The notes under the pieces: model-generated | What the model saw: the letters and a program-made list of their open reading frames with translations, nothing else | Databases searched by the model: none | What the model was told of the DNA's origin: nothing | NCBI GenBank assembly: GCA_964534745.1 | Contig: CAZHQW010000006.1 | Location: 15,233 to 79,232 of the forward strand | Source: an uncultured Bacteroidales bacterium | GTDB lineage: Bacteria > Bacteroidota > Bacteroidia > Bacteroidales > UBA10428 | Direction of reading: 5' to 3' | DNA length: 64,000 nt | Shown here: positions 9,207 through 20,365 of the stretch, in pieces | Layout: every line of letters starts with the position of its first letter | Position numbering within the stretch: position 1 is the first letter of the stretch | Program-made: the position numbers and the translations under genes

Positions 9207-9824
9207 ATGCAAAATAAATTACAGAAACTTACTGATAAAATATTTAAGGAGGGTATTTCAAAGGGAAATGCTGAAGCTGAAAAAATAATAAGCAGCTCAA
9301 AAAAAGAAGCTGAAGATATTGTCAGCAAGGCAAAAAAAGATGCTGACAAAATCATTAAGGATGCTAAAAAGAAATCTGATGAGATAAAAAAGAGTTCGGA
9401 AGCCGAATTCAGGCTATCTTCAAGACAATCTATAAATGCACTGAAACAGCAAATTACAGAACTTATAAATGGAGAGATTGTGAAAGTGCCTGTAAAAAAG
9501 ACTTTTGAAGATAAGGACTTTATCAAAAAGCTTATCGAAACAATAATTAAAAATTGGAATCCCCGGTCAGATCAGGGAGCCAACATTTCTATCCTCCTTC
9601 CTGAAAAAGAAGAAAAAGAAATGCAGCAGTATTTTACCAAAGCTTTGAAAGACCTGTTAAAAAAGGGAGTTGAAATGAGGTATGACGAAAATATAAAGTC
9701 AGGTTTTCAGATCGGACCAGGAAACGGAGGTTATAAAATAAGTTTTACTGATGAGGATTTTATTAACTTTTTCAAGCAATATTTAAGGCCAAGACTAATT
9801 AAATTACTATTTGCAGAAGAGTAA
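9207..9824 (+). CDS. ntpE: V-type ATP synthase subunit E
   Basis: Lys/Glu/Ala-rich coiled-coil N-terminus (KGNAEAEKIISSSKKEAEDIVSKAKKDADKII). First gene of the V-ATPase operon. Confidence 0.7.
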   Translation: MQNKLQKLTDKIFKEGISKGNAEAEKIISSSKKEAEDIVSKAKKDADKIIKDAKKKSDEIKKSSEAEFRLSSRQSINALKQQITELINGEIVKVPVKKTFEDKDFIKKLIETIIKNWNPRSDQGANISILLPEKEEKEMQQYFTKALKDLLKKGVEMRYDENIKSGFQIGPGNGGYKISFTDEDFINFFKQYLRPRLIKLLFAEE

Positions 9825-9827
9825 GAT

Positions 9828-10682
9828 ATGAGGCGTGAATACCATTGTTTTATTGCAGGACTTCCTGAGTTATTCCCGGATGCAAAAAAAATTGACTTTA
9901 TTCTGATAAATTTCAGGGAGCAACTCAGGGAAGTGCTTCATTCTGATGATTTCAGGTTAATTGAGTCATTATTCTGGAAATATGATAATACAAATATTAT
10001 CAGTCTTTTGAAAGACCCGAAATCAGAAGTAGACGGACTGGGAAATCTATCCGGGCAGGATATTGAAGAGATATTTTACCTTGTTAAAGACGATGCATTA
10101 TCTGAATACAGAAGAAAGATCCCCCCATATTTAGGAAAATTTATTAATGCATATAAGAACGAGGCTCCTTTATTCAAAGGTAAAGGGTGGGAAAATCAAA
10201 TCACGCAGCTTTATTATGAATTTGCGATAAATATTGATAATCATTTTGCCAGAAACTGGCTTGAATTTGAGATGAACCTGACCAACATTTTAACAGCCGC
10301 CAGCTGCAGAAAATATAAAATGGATATTGAAAGTGAACTTATTGGAAACAATGAAATAACAGAAAAACTTATAAAAAGCAGTGCACGCGACTTTGGCATA
10401 AGCAGCGAATTCCCGATGCTGGAATCAATCATAAGGGCAACCGAGGAAGATAATATCATTGAAAAGGAAAAGAAAATAGATATGGTAATATGGAATCTGC
10501 TGAATGAATGGACTTTCTTTCACTATTTTACTATAGAAAAGATATTTGCCTATACCATACAGGTTGGTATTATCGAAAGATGGATGAAAATGGACAAAGA
10601 TAAGGGAAATGAATTGTTTAAAGATCTGCTGGGGAGGCTTGAGAATAGCTACGAGTTCCCAAAGGAGTATACAATATATTAA
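9828..10682 (+). CDS. DUF2764-like protein (Bacteroidota V-ATPase subunit C/d surrogate)
   Basis: The YHCFIAGLPEL start motif and the position between E and A match the Bacteroidota V-ATPase operon organisation. Confidence 0.6.
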   Translation: MRREYHCFIAGLPELFPDAKKIDFILINFREQLREVLHSDDFRLIESLFWKYDNTNIISLLKDPKSEVDGLGNLSGQDIEEIFYLVKDDALSEYRRKIPPYLGKFINAYKNEAPLFKGKGWENQITQLYYEFAINIDNHFARNWLEFEMNLTNILTAASCRKYKMDIESELIGNNEITEKLIKSSARDFGISSEFPMLESIIRATEEDNIIEKEKKIDMVIWNLLNEWTFFHYFTIEKIFAYTIQVGIIERWMKMDKDKGNELFKDLLGRLENSYEFPKEYTIY

Positions 10683-10692
10683 GTGATCAAAG

Positions 10693-12447
10693 ATGGCAAC
10701 AAAAGGAACAGTAAAAGGAATTATTTCAAACCTGGTAATTGTCGAGGTTGAAGGTCCGGTATCTCAGAATGAGATATGTTATATACTATTTAGACAGGTC
10801 CGTTTAATGGCCGAAGTAATAAAAGTCTACGGTAAAAATGCTTATGTGCAGGTATTTGAGAACACAAGGGGATTATTAACAGGTGACAAGGTTGAATTTT
10901 CAGGTCATATGCTCGAAGTTGTGATGGGGCCCGGACTGCTGTCAAAGAATTATGACGGGTTGCAAAATGACCTGAATAAGATGAAGGGTATATTCCTTAA
11001 AAAAGGACAGTACACAAATGCGCTGGACGAAGATAAAATGTGGCATTTCAAGCCGGCAGCATCAAAAGGCGATGCGGTAACAGCAGGGGACTGGCTGGGT
11101 GAAGTTGAAGAAAATGCAATGCCTCACAAGATAATGGTCCCTTTTAGCTTTAAAGGGACATATACGATAAAAAGCATACTGAAAGCCGGTGATTATAAGA
11201 TAAACGATACAATAGCCGTCCTCACAGACAGCAATAAGAAAGATTTACCTGTAACAATGGTACAAAGATGGCCGGTGAAGGTTGCCATCAAGGCCTATAA
11301 AGATAAACCAAGGCCCTACAAGCTGCTCGAAACGGGAATAAGAATTATTGATACTCTTAATCCTATTGTAGAGGGAGGTACGGGATTTATTCCAGGACCT
11401 TTTGGATGCGGGAAGACCGTTCTGCAGCATGCCATCTCAAGGCAGGCAGAGGCCGATATTGTGATTATTGCAGCATGCGGTGAAAGGGCGAACGAAGTTG
11501 TTGAATTTTTTAAGGAGTTCCCTGAGCTTGAAGATTTCAGAACAGGAAGAAAGCTAATGGAAAGAACCATCATTGTGGCCAATACATCAAATATGCCTGT
11601 TGCGGCCAGGGAAGCATCGGTCTACACAGCCATGACTATCGCCGAGTATTACAGGGCTATGGGACTGCGCGTGCTGATGCTTGCCGATTCAACATCACGA
11701 TGGGCACAGGCACTGAGAGAAATGTCAAACAGGCTTGAGGAACTGCCTGGACCGGACGCCTTCCCGATGGATTTACCGGCAGTAATATCAAATTTTTACT
11801 CACGCGCCGGCTATACTAACTTGAATAATGGCGAAACAGGTTCAATAACCTTTATAGGGACAGTTTCTCCTGCCGGTGGTAACCTGAAAGAGCCGGTAAC
11901 GGAATCGACAAAAAAAGTCGCGAGGTGCTTCTATGCACTTGCCCAGCACAGGGCTGACAGCAAGCGCTATCCTGCCGTTGATCCTATAGACAGCTACTCA
12001 AAATATCTTGAATATCCTGAATTTGCAGAATATGTTGAAAGCAAAATATCAGATACATGGATAGACAATGTTAATGAGGCCAAAACCATTTTCCAGAGAG
12101 GCAAAGAGACCTATGAACAGATAAATATCCTTGGAGACGACGGCGTGCCCGTTAATTACCACGTCACCTATTGGAAATCAGAGATTATAGATTTTGTAAT
12201 CCTGCAGCAGGATGCATTCGATAAAGTTGACCGGTCCACCCCTGTGGAAAGGCAGAAATACATGCTTGAACATGTTCTCAAGGTGTGCAATACAGAGTTT
12301 GATTTCGAGTCTTTTACTGAAGTGGACATCTATTTCAAAAGGATCATAAACCATTACAAACAGATGAATTACTCCGAATTTAAATCAGAGAAATTTCTCA
12401 ACTATGAAAAGGAGTTATTGAAAATTATTGATGAACGAAAGGCATAA
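10693..12447 (+). CDS. ntpA: V-type ATP synthase catalytic subunit A
   Basis: Walker A GPFGCGKTV, AACGERANEV, LMADSTSRWAQALREMS. 584 aa. Confidence 0.95.
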   Translation: MATKGTVKGIISNLVIVEVEGPVSQNEICYILFRQVRLMAEVIKVYGKNAYVQVFENTRGLLTGDKVEFSGHMLEVVMGPGLLSKNYDGLQNDLNKMKGIFLKKGQYTNALDEDKMWHFKPAASKGDAVTAGDWLGEVEENAMPHKIMVPFSFKGTYTIKSILKAGDYKINDTIAVLTDSNKKDLPVTMVQRWPVKVAIKAYKDKPRPYKLLETGIRIIDTLNPIVEGGTGFIPGPFGCGKTVLQHAISRQAEADIVIIAACGERANEVVEFFKEFPELEDFRTGRKLMERTIIVANTSNMPVAAREASVYTAMTIAEYYRAMGLRVLMLADSTSRWAQALREMSNRLEELPGPDAFPMDLPAVISNFYSRAGYTNLNNGETGSITFIGTVSPAGGNLKEPVTESTKKVARCFYALAQHRADSKRYPAVDPIDSYSKYLEYPEFAEYVESKISDTWIDNVNEAKTIFQRGKETYEQINILGDDGVPVNYHVTYWKSEIIDFVILQQDAFDKVDRSTPVERQKYMLEHVLKVCNTEFDFESFTEVDIYFKRIINHYKQMNYSEFKSEKFLNYEKELLKIIDERKA

Positions 12448-13772
12448 TGATGGAGACCAGAGCATTTCAAAAAATATATACTAAAATAAACCAGATCACC
12501 AAGGCAACGTGTTCGTTGCAGGCTGCAGGCATAGGTTATGAAGAGCTGGCTATTGTTCACGGCAAGCTGGCCCAGATTGTAAAAGTTATTGAAGATAACG
12601 TTACCCTCCAGGTGTTTGGCGGCACTGAAGGGATACCGACAAATGCTGAAGTTACATTCCTTGGCAAGCCACCCACGCTGAAAGTAAGTGATGACCTTGC
12701 AGGAAGGTTCTTTAATGCCTATGGCATGCCTATTGACGGTGGTCCTGCTATCGAAGGCGAAGAACGTGAGATAGGAGGCCCCTCGGTGAACCCCGTAAGA
12801 AGAGAGCAGCCCTCCGAATTGATAGCAACGGGTATCGCAGGTATAGACCTGAATAACACACTGGTAAGCGGACAAAAAATACCGTTTTTTGCAGATCCTG
12901 ACCAACCCTATAACCAGGTTATGGCCATGGTGGCATTAAGGGCAAAGGCTGACAAGATAATACTTGGTGGAATGGGACTTACCAACGACGATTACCTCTT
13001 TTATAAGAATGTCTTTGATAATGCCGGTGCCCTTGACCGCATAATAAGCTTTGTCAACACTACCGATAATCCTCCTGTGGAGAGGCTGCTGGTGCCGGAA
13101 ATGGCACTTACTGCCGCTGAATATTTTGCCGTTGACAGAAACCAGAGCGTTGTCGTGCTTCTTACCGATATGACATTGTTTGCCGACGCACTAAGCATAG
13201 TATCAAACCGTATGGACCAGATTCCATCCAAGGATAGTATGCCCGGTTCACTTTACAGTGACCTGGCAAAAATATATGAAAAGGCAGTCCAGTTTCCAGA
13301 CGGCGGTTCAATTACAATAATTGCCGTAACGACATTATCAGGCGGGGACATAACCCATGCCATACCCGACAATACAGGATATATCACCGAGGGACAGCTC
13401 TTCCTGAGAAAAGACTCGGATATAGGTAAGGTTATTGTCGATCCCTTCAGAAGCCTGTCAAGGCTAAAACAACTGGTTATAGGTAAAAAGACCAGGGAAG
13501 ATCATCCCCAGGTTATGAATGCTGCAATAAGGCTTTATGCGGATGCAGCAAATGCAAAAACCAAGCTTGAAAACGGCTTTGACCTGACAGACTATGATGA
13601 GCGAAGCCTTAAGTTTGCCAGGGCGTATTCTGAAAAACTGCTGGCTATAGATGTTAATATCGACATTGATGAAATGCTGAACACAGGTTGGCAATTATTC
13701 AGTGAATATTTTAAGCCTGAAGAAGTCGGGGCAAAAAAGGAACTTGTGGATAAGTACTGGCCTAAAAAGTAA
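12447..13772 (+). CDS. ntpB: V-type ATP synthase subunit B
   Basis: TAATG overlap with A. LLTDMTLFADALSIVS and PGSLYSDLAKIYEKA blocks. 441 aa. Confidence 0.95.
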   Translation: MMETRAFQKIYTKINQITKATCSLQAAGIGYEELAIVHGKLAQIVKVIEDNVTLQVFGGTEGIPTNAEVTFLGKPPTLKVSDDLAGRFFNAYGMPIDGGPAIEGEEREIGGPSVNPVRREQPSELIATGIAGIDLNNTLVSGQKIPFFADPDQPYNQVMAMVALRAKADKIILGGMGLTNDDYLFYKNVFDNAGALDRIISFVNTTDNPPVERLLVPEMALTAAEYFAVDRNQSVVVLLTDMTLFADALSIVSNRMDQIPSKDSMPGSLYSDLAKIYEKAVQFPDGGSITIIAVTTLSGGDITHAIPDNTGYITEGQLFLRKDSDIGKVIVDPFRSLSRLKQLVIGKKTREDHPQVMNAAIRLYADAANAKTKLENGFDLTDYDERSLKFARAYSEKLLAIDVNIDIDEMLNTGWQLFSEYFKPEEVGAKKELVDKYWPKK

Positions 13773-13774
13773 CA

Positions 13775-14377
13775 ATGGCAATAAAATTCCAATATAACAA
13801 AACGGCATTACAGCAGCTTTATAAGCAGCTCGAGATAAGGGTGAGAGCCCTGCCGACAATTAAAAACAAGGAGTCGGCACTCAGGGTTGAAGTGAAAAAA
13901 GCCAGGGACAGGATGCTCGAGCTGGAAAAAAAGCTGAAGGAAAAAATCAGTCAATACGACTATATGAGCAGGTTATGGGTTGAATTTGACGCAAGCATTG
14001 TGGGCATAGACAACGTGAGATTATCGGTAAAAAAAATTGCCGGAGTCAAGACCCCCGTGCTTGACGGAATAGACTTTTACACAGGGAAGTTCAGTATCTT
14101 CAACAAGCCCAAATGGTATCTTGATGGCGTTGCACTAATTAAGGAGATTGCTTCAATAGCTATCGAAAAAGAAATATTCAATAAAAGAACACAGCTTGTT
14201 GACCGTGCCAGAAAGAAAACTACCCAAAAGGTTAACCTGTATGAGAAAGTGCAGATTCCCGGATTTGAAGAGGCTATACTTAAAATAAAAAGATTTATGG
14301 AAGATGAGGAGAACCTTTCCAAATCTGCACAGAAGATAGTAAAAAACCGTCAGCAGCAACTTGAGCTTGTGCAATGA
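13775..14377 (+). CDS. ntpD: V-type ATP synthase subunit D
   Basis: 200-aa coiled-coil protein (ALPTIKNKESALRVEVKKA) at the expected operon position. Confidence 0.85.
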   Translation: MAIKFQYNKTALQQLYKQLEIRVRALPTIKNKESALRVEVKKARDRMLELEKKLKEKISQYDYMSRLWVEFDASIVGIDNVRLSVKKIAGVKTPVLDGIDFYTGKFSIFNKPKWYLDGVALIKEIASIAIEKEIFNKRTQLVDRARKKTTQKVNLYEKVQIPGFEEAILKIKRFMEDEENLSKSAQKIVKNRQQQLELVQ

Positions 14378-16182
14378 TAATACCGATGAAGAAATACTCT
14401 TTCCTTATCTATCATAAGGAATATGCCGGGTTCCTGAACGAGCTTCAGAAGACAGGAATATTGCATGTCATTGAAAAGCAATCTGGTGAGCTGGCTGATG
14501 AGAAACTCAGGGAACAGTATTACCTTATTAATCAATACAACTCAGTCATTAAATTTCTCCAGAAAAGGGCTCCTGAAGATAAGTCAGAGTCTGTTGCACC
14601 AGCTGACGCACATAAAATCCTGCAGGAAATTCAAAATATGCAGTCCGAAGTTGAGAATAAAACCCAGCAACTCTCCTCATTGAAAAAAGATATTGAGCTG
14701 GTCAGACCATGGGGAGATTTTTCATTTGAAGATATCAACAAACTAAGTGAACACGGTTTTAATATCAGGTTCTTTATATGCACTGCCAGAAAATTCAATG
14801 AGCAGTGGAAAGTAAAATACAACACAGAAGTTATAAATCACTACGGCGGTAATATTTATTTTGTTGTTATCCAGGAAGGTCAGGAAGATATGGATGTTGA
14901 CGCCGAAGAAATAAAACTGCCTGGGAATTCACTTTCAAGACTCCTGAAAAAGCAGAAGGATATAGAAAATATACTTACAAAATCCGAAGAAATATTTGAT
15001 CTGTATGCAAAAAAATATATCCCTCTTCTTATTTCAGAAAGGGACAGGCTGCAGGAACAGTTTGAATTTGAAAATGTAGTTTTTAATACCGAAAAGCAGG
15101 TTGAGGAAAAGCTTATGTTGCTTGAGGGATGGGTGCCGGTGGACAAGCAGCAGGAAATAGATCTGTTCCTTAACAAATCGGGTATATTTTTCATTACATC
15201 AGAACCTGGCATTGAAGATAAAATACCCATAAAGCTTACGAATAGCAAGTATTCAAAATTATTCGAACCCATAGCAAAACTGTATTCGTTACCTGACTAT
15301 AAAGAGCTTGATCTGACACCCTTCTTTGCACCTTTCTTTATGATGTTTTTCGGATTCTGCCTGGGAGATGCGGGGTACGGACTCTTATTTATTATAGCTG
15401 CCAGTATAGTTAAGCTGCGTGCAAAAAGCAATATGAAGCCTTTGCTTACCCTGATTCAAATCCTGGGAGGTTCAACTGTTATATTCGGATTTTTATCAGG
15501 CACTTTTTTCGGTGTTGATCTGCTGAAAGCTGACATTGCATTCCTCGAATCATTCAGGGATATTTTCCTCAAGCCTGAAGAAATGTTTTATTTCGCTCTT
15601 ATCCTGGGTGGCGTTCAGATAATCTTTGGCATGTTTGTAAAAATACTGAACATAACCAAGCAGCTTGGATTTAAATATTCATTGTCTATCCTTGGCTGGA
15701 TAATATTGATTACCAGCACTGTATTATTTATGTTACTGAAGAATAAAATCGGTCCGGAATTGGAGATCCTGAAATATTTATATTTCCTTATACTGGCCTC
15801 AAGCCTGGTGATGATATTATTCATGAATAATCCCGGCAAAGGAATACTGGGAAATTTTGGCAAGGGTCTGGGAGATATATATTTTACAGCTACCGGGGTG
15901 TTTGGTGATGTCTTATCATATATCAGGCTTTTTGCACTGGGTATCTCAAGTGCCATACTTGGATACGTATTTAATTACCTTGCCCTTGAAATGAGCGGCG
16001 ATACAATTATAGTCAGCCAGGTTATTTTTCTGCTGATACTGGTTGTAGGACACTCACTTAATATCTTTATGGCAACCCTGGGTGCTTTTGTACATCCACT
16101 GCGTCTTACGTTTGTTGAGTTTTACAAAAATGCGGGATTTATGGGCGGAGGTAAGGAATATAAACCATTTAAAAAGAATTGA
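14374..16182 (+). CDS. ntpI: V-type ATP synthase subunit I (a)
   Basis: ATGA overlap with D. Soluble N-terminal half plus multi-TM C-terminal half with LSYIRLFALG (essential Arg helix). Confidence 0.85.
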   Translation: MIIPMKKYSFLIYHKEYAGFLNELQKTGILHVIEKQSGELADEKLREQYYLINQYNSVIKFLQKRAPEDKSESVAPADAHKILQEIQNMQSEVENKTQQLSSLKKDIELVRPWGDFSFEDINKLSEHGFNIRFFICTARKFNEQWKVKYNTEVINHYGGNIYFVVIQEGQEDMDVDAEEIKLPGNSLSRLLKKQKDIENILTKSEEIFDLYAKKYIPLLISERDRLQEQFEFENVVFNTEKQVEEKLMLLEGWVPVDKQQEIDLFLNKSGIFFITSEPGIEDKIPIKLTNSKYSKLFEPIAKLYSLPDYKELDLTPFFAPFFMMFFGFCLGDAGYGLLFIIAASIVKLRAKSNMKPLLTLIQILGGSTVIFGFLSGTFFGVDLLKADIAFLESFRDIFLKPEEMFYFALILGGVQIIFGMFVKILNITKQLGFKYSLSILGWIILITSTVLFMLLKNKIGPELEILKYLYFLILASSLVMILFMNNPGKGILGNFGKGLGDIYFTATGVFGDVLSYIRLFALGISSAILGYVFNYLALEMSGDTIIVSQVIFLLILVVGHSLNIFMATLGAFVHPLRLTFVEFYKNAGFMGGGKEYKPFKKN

Positions 16183-16208
16183 ATACAATTTTAATTTAAT
16201 AAACTTAA

Positions 16209-16688
<480 letters not shown>

Positions 16689-16703
16689 GATTTTATTTTA
16701 GTT

Positions 16704-17213
16704 ATGCTTGACTATATATTACTTGTACTTTCAGTATTATGTATCATTGTCGGGATAGCCGGCTGCATACTCCCTGTTATTCCCGGTCCGGTTGTTACCT
16801 ATGCCGGCATTGTCATTGTCCATTTTACCAAATTTGCTGATTTTAGCGTTAATACCCTGCTGGTACTGGGAGCCCTTGCAGTAATTATCCAGGCATTCGA
16901 TTATATTGTCCCTGCCTGGGGAGCCAAAAAATTCGGTGGCTCAAGGGCAGGAGTATGGGGAAGCATCATAGGTCTGATAATAGGAATATTCTTTCTCCCC
17001 CTGGGACCTTTTGGCATTATAGGCATACTGGGAGGACCCTTTTGCGGGGCACTTGTGGGCGAATTAATTGCGGGAAAAGAAACAGATAAGGCCCTCAGGG
17101 CTGCATTCGGTACATTTATCGGGTTTATTGCAGGAACATTAATGAAGCTGGCCGTTGCCATTATTATTACTGTTTTCTTTATCAGGGAAATATGGCAGAC
17201 CGCCTTTGGCTGA
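16704..17213 (+). CDS. DUF456-like small membrane protein
   Basis: 169 aa, 4-5 TM, ILPVIPGPVVTYAG motif. Only 15 nt downstream of ntpK. Confidence 0.55.
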   Translation: MLDYILLVLSVLCIIVGIAGCILPVIPGPVVTYAGIVIVHFTKFADFSVNTLLVLGALAVIIQAFDYIVPAWGAKKFGGSRAGVWGSIIGLIIGIFFLPLGPFGIIGILGGPFCGALVGELIAGKETDKALRAAFGTFIGFIAGTLMKLAVAIIITVFFIREIWQTAFG

Positions 17214-17242
17214 TCATTAATAAAATAAAATTGCGGGCTCTT

Positions 17243-17932
17243 ATGAATCAGGTTTTAATTTCGGCAAAATTAATCCTTCTTGCTGCCTGTGGCCTGGCTG
17301 CCCAGCCTTCAGACAGCAAAAATTACTACTCTGAATTAACCCTGAGGAATTTCAGGAAAGAACCTTTGTTCCACGAAGAGATAGATTTCGAAAACATTGA
17401 TTACCCCAGGCTGCATGCGGCAATATTCTTTGTTACCAATGAAGAGAGGGCAAAAAAGAACCTTTCTTTCCTGGAGTATGCGCCGGAGCTGGAAAAAACT
17501 GCTATAATGCATTCGATAGATATGAACAGGGATACTTTTTTCAGCCATTTTAATCCGGTTGACAAAAAGAAAAAAACACCAAATGACAGGGCGGCTCTCG
17601 CAGGAATATTAAATCCGTTTCTTGCTGAAAATATTGCTACCTGCCATGGACTGCAATATAAATCGGGAACCAACGTATATATAAGGGGTGACGGACAGTT
17701 CAGCTATAAAATAGACGGTGAATTAATACCTCCCCACACCTACCTGTCCCTTGCCGAAGCAGTAGTAGATGACTGGATGAACTCAAAAGGACACAGGAAA
17801 AATATATTAATGGATAGTGCCCTTCAGTTAGGATGTGGTTCAGATTTTTATCGTGACAGGCATTTTAACAATATGCCCTCTTTCAAGGTAACACAGAATT
17901 TTCAGCTGTACGTGAAAATAAAATCAAAATAA
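17243..17932 (+). CDS. CAP/SCP (PR-1-like) domain secreted protein
   Basis: VVDDWMNSKGHRKNILMDSALQLGCG is the CAP-domain signature. The ATG at 17243 gives the signal peptide MNQVLISAKLILLAACGLAAQ. The ORF-track start at 17192 overlaps the upstream gene. Confidence 0.65.
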   Translation: MNQVLISAKLILLAACGLAAQPSDSKNYYSELTLRNFRKEPLFHEEIDFENIDYPRLHAAIFFVTNEERAKKNLSFLEYAPELEKTAIMHSIDMNRDTFFSHFNPVDKKKKTPNDRAALAGILNPFLAENIATCHGLQYKSGTNVYIRGDGQFSYKIDGELIPPHTYLSLAEAVVDDWMNSKGHRKNILMDSALQLGCGSDFYRDRHFNNMPSFKVTQNFQLYVKIKSK

Positions 17933-17936
17933 TACC

Positions 17937-18209
17937 TTATTCTTCAGATACCTTTTCTTTTACTTTCTTTGTGGAATGAGCTTTTAAAACCCTGAGGTTT
18001 CTGCCTGCAACCTCTTTACCGTCAAGTGTCTTTATCGCCTCCATAGCCTCCTTTTTGTCAGGCATCTCTATGAATGCAAATCCCTTTGATCTTCCTGTTC
18101 TTTTATCCCTTATAATCTTAACGGATTCAACTGTCCCAAGAACCTCGAATATTTTTTGAATATCAGCTTCTCCTAAAGAGTAATTAATGTTACCAACATA
18201 AATAGTCAT
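17937..18209 (-). CDS. RRM-type RNA-binding protein
   Basis: RNP2 IYVGNI and RNP1 KGFAFIEM motifs. 90 aa. Confidence 0.85.
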   Translation of the reverse strand: MTIYVGNINYSLGEADIQKIFEVLGTVESVKIIRDKRTGRSKGFAFIEMPDKKEAMEAIKTLDGKEVAGRNLRVLKAHSTKKVKEKVSEE

Positions 18210-18311
18210 AATGCGAATAGTTGAGATAGTTAGTAGTAAAATAATATATACAAGTTAACAAATATTTTTTTTAAAAAGCAATTTTAAAACAACAAAAAAT
18301 ATATTTTTTAA

Positions 18312-19322
18312 TTAACGGTATATGCCCCCCAACGTTGCAACCATTACAGCCTTAATTGTATGAATGCGGTTCCCGGACTCGTCAAATACCACAGACATGT
18401 CTGACTCAAAGACCTCTTCCGTAACCTCCATTGAATTTAACCCGTATTTCCTGTATATCTCCTCTCCTATTTTTGTATCCCTGTTATGAAAAGCAGGCAG
18501 GCAGTGCAAAAACTTAACATCAGGATTCCCGGTCATTTTAACAACATCCATATTAACCTGGTAAGCTTTTAATAACTTTATCCTTTTTCCCCATGCCGAG
18601 GGAGGTTCTCCCATGGATACCCATACATCGGTATACAGAAAATCAACATCCCTCACGGCATCTTCAATTTTGCCGGTAATATTCAATTTAGCTCCTGATT
18701 TGTCAGCAATGGCCCTGCATCTTTCAACCAGTTCCTTTTTGGGATGACAATTTGCCGGCGCAGCCGCCCTGAAGTCCATTCCCATTATTGCAGCTCCTGC
18801 CATCAGGGAGTTGCCCATATTGTTCCTCGCATCGCCCAGGTAACAAAACTTAATTTTTCCCAACGGCTTGTCTGTATGCTCCAGCATTGTAAAAAAATCA
18901 GCAAGTACCTGGGTAGGATGGAATTCATCCGTAAGTCCGTTCCAAACAGGGACTCCTGCATATTTTGCAAGCTCTTCCACTGTATCCTGGCTGAATCCCC
19001 TGTATTCAATGCCATCGTACATTCTTCCCAGCACCCGTGCAGTATCTTTCATAGACTCCTTATGCCCTATCTGGGATCCGCCGCTGTCAAGATATGTGAC
19101 ATTGGCTCCCTGATCATATGCTGCCACTTCAAAAGCACATCTTGTTCTTGTTGATGTTTTTTCAAAAACCAGTGCAATGTTCTTGCCCCTGAGAAATTGT
19201 TTTTCTTTGCCCTTGTATTTTGCCTTTTTTAATCTTGCTGATAATTCCAGCAGGGAATTAATTTCATCCCGCGAAAAGTCAAGGAGTTTTACAAAACTTC
19301 TTCTTCCAAGATTTATATCCAT
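18312..19322 (-). CDS. argF: Ornithine carbamoyltransferase (classical OTC type)
   Basis: [25 protein letters not shown] and HCLPAFHN motifs. 336 aa. An anabolic versus catabolic role cannot be told from sequence. Confidence 0.9.
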   Translation of the reverse strand: MDINLGRRSFVKLLDFSRDEINSLLELSARLKKAKYKGKEKQFLRGKNIALVFEKTSTRTRCAFEVAAYDQGANVTYLDSGGSQIGHKESMKDTARVLGRMYDGIEYRGFSQDTVEELAKYAGVPVWNGLTDEFHPTQVLADFFTMLEHTDKPLGKIKFCYLGDARNNMGNSLMAGAAIMGMDFRAAAPANCHPKKELVERCRAIADKSGAKLNITGKIEDAVRDVDFLYTDVWVSMGEPPSAWGKRIKLLKAYQVNMDVVKMTGNPDVKFLHCLPAFHNRDTKIGEEIYRKYGLNSMEVTEEVFESDMSVVFDESGNRIHTIKAVMVATLGGIYR

Positions 19323-19438
19323 ATGTATAAATATTTATTTAAAATTTATAAATATAATATTTTATTTGTCCGTAACACTTAATCCGATATATATAGCATC
19401 AACAGGCAATAATGTTATAAAAGAGTTAAATCAGATAT

Positions 19439-19446
19439 CAAAGATA
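19439..19446 (-). promoter_or_regulatory. Candidate -7 box (TATCTTTG on the minus strand) upstream of the OTC gene
   Basis: CAAAGATA on the plus strand is TAnnTTTG on the minus strand, about 115 nt upstream of the start at 19322. Confidence 0.3.
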
Positions 19447-19684
19447 CATAATATTTATCAACTATTATAATGAAACTGAACTATCCTGTTGTATATTTAT
19501 ACAATTTTAAATTATATGACTAATATTCAAAAAAATACTATATTAGATTATTCTTAATCAAGATAAATATAAGATTAGTATTATTATTTTATAATATACA
19601 TCAAAACATAAAAGCAAGAATCTAACAAAGAGATTAATTAAACGTATATTGTCGAAAATTATTTAACTTCCCTAAATTTAAGAA

Positions 19685-20365
19685 ATGAAATATTTGCTGG
19701 CAGCAGTGCCTCTTTTGTTAATCCTTACCACATGCAAAAAAGGTGCTTATGAAGAAAAGTACAATAACGGTCTTATCGAATACAGAATAAACTACCTTGA
19801 AAACGAAATGACGCAGATATCACCAAGCTTGTTGCCTAAAAAGATGAAGCTTGAATTCAGTCCCAATTATTCCACAAATACTATTGAAGGATTTATGGGC
19901 TTTTTCAAACTCAGCAACCACACAAATTTTAAGCATAAGAAGTGCATTACCCTGCTGGAAGTCCTGAATAAGAAATACATTTTTAAAGGCAGGAAAGGTG
20001 AATCAATGTGCTGCTTTAATGAACATCCGGATATGGAGATAGAATACACTGACGAGGTTAAGGAAATAGCCGGACTGTTATGCAAAAAGGCGATTGTTAC
20101 CCTTCCCGGCCAGAATGACACATTCAGTATTTATTATACCGATGAGATATCAATATCAAAACCCAATTCAACCAACCCCTATAATCAGATTGACGGTGTA
20201 CTGATGGAATTTCAGCTAAAGCTTGCTTATTTGAAGATGCAGTTTACTGCAGAAAAATTTGTGCCAAGCCAGAATAACAAAACCAGGGAATTCAAAGTGC
20301 CGGATAATTGCCTTGAAGTTAACAGGGAGCAGATGACCTATATTATTAAAAGGCTTATGGAATGA
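19685..20365 (+). CDS. Hypothetical lipoprotein
   Basis: Lipobox LILTTCKK. No recognised family. Confidence 0.45.
   Translation: MKYLLAAVPLLLILTTCKKGAYEEKYNNGLIEYRINYLENEMTQISPSLLPKKMKLEFSPNYSTNTIEGFMGFFKLSNHTNFKHKKCITLLEVLNKKYIFKGRKGESMCCFNEHPDMEIEYTDEVKEIAGLLCKKAIVTLPGQNDTFSIYYTDEISISKPNSTNPYNQIDGVLMEFQLKLAYLKMQFTAEKFVPSQNNKTREFKVPDNCLEVNREQMTYIIKRLME

Noticed and set aside
19323-19684. A 362-bp extremely AT-rich spacer with many short TATA/AAAT repeats. I considered it as a possible CRISPR leader or array, or an sRNA locus.
   Set aside because: It has no regularly spaced repeats of at least 20 nt and no stable hairpin plus T-run. It looks like a divergent promoter region (a -7 box for the OTC gene is present).
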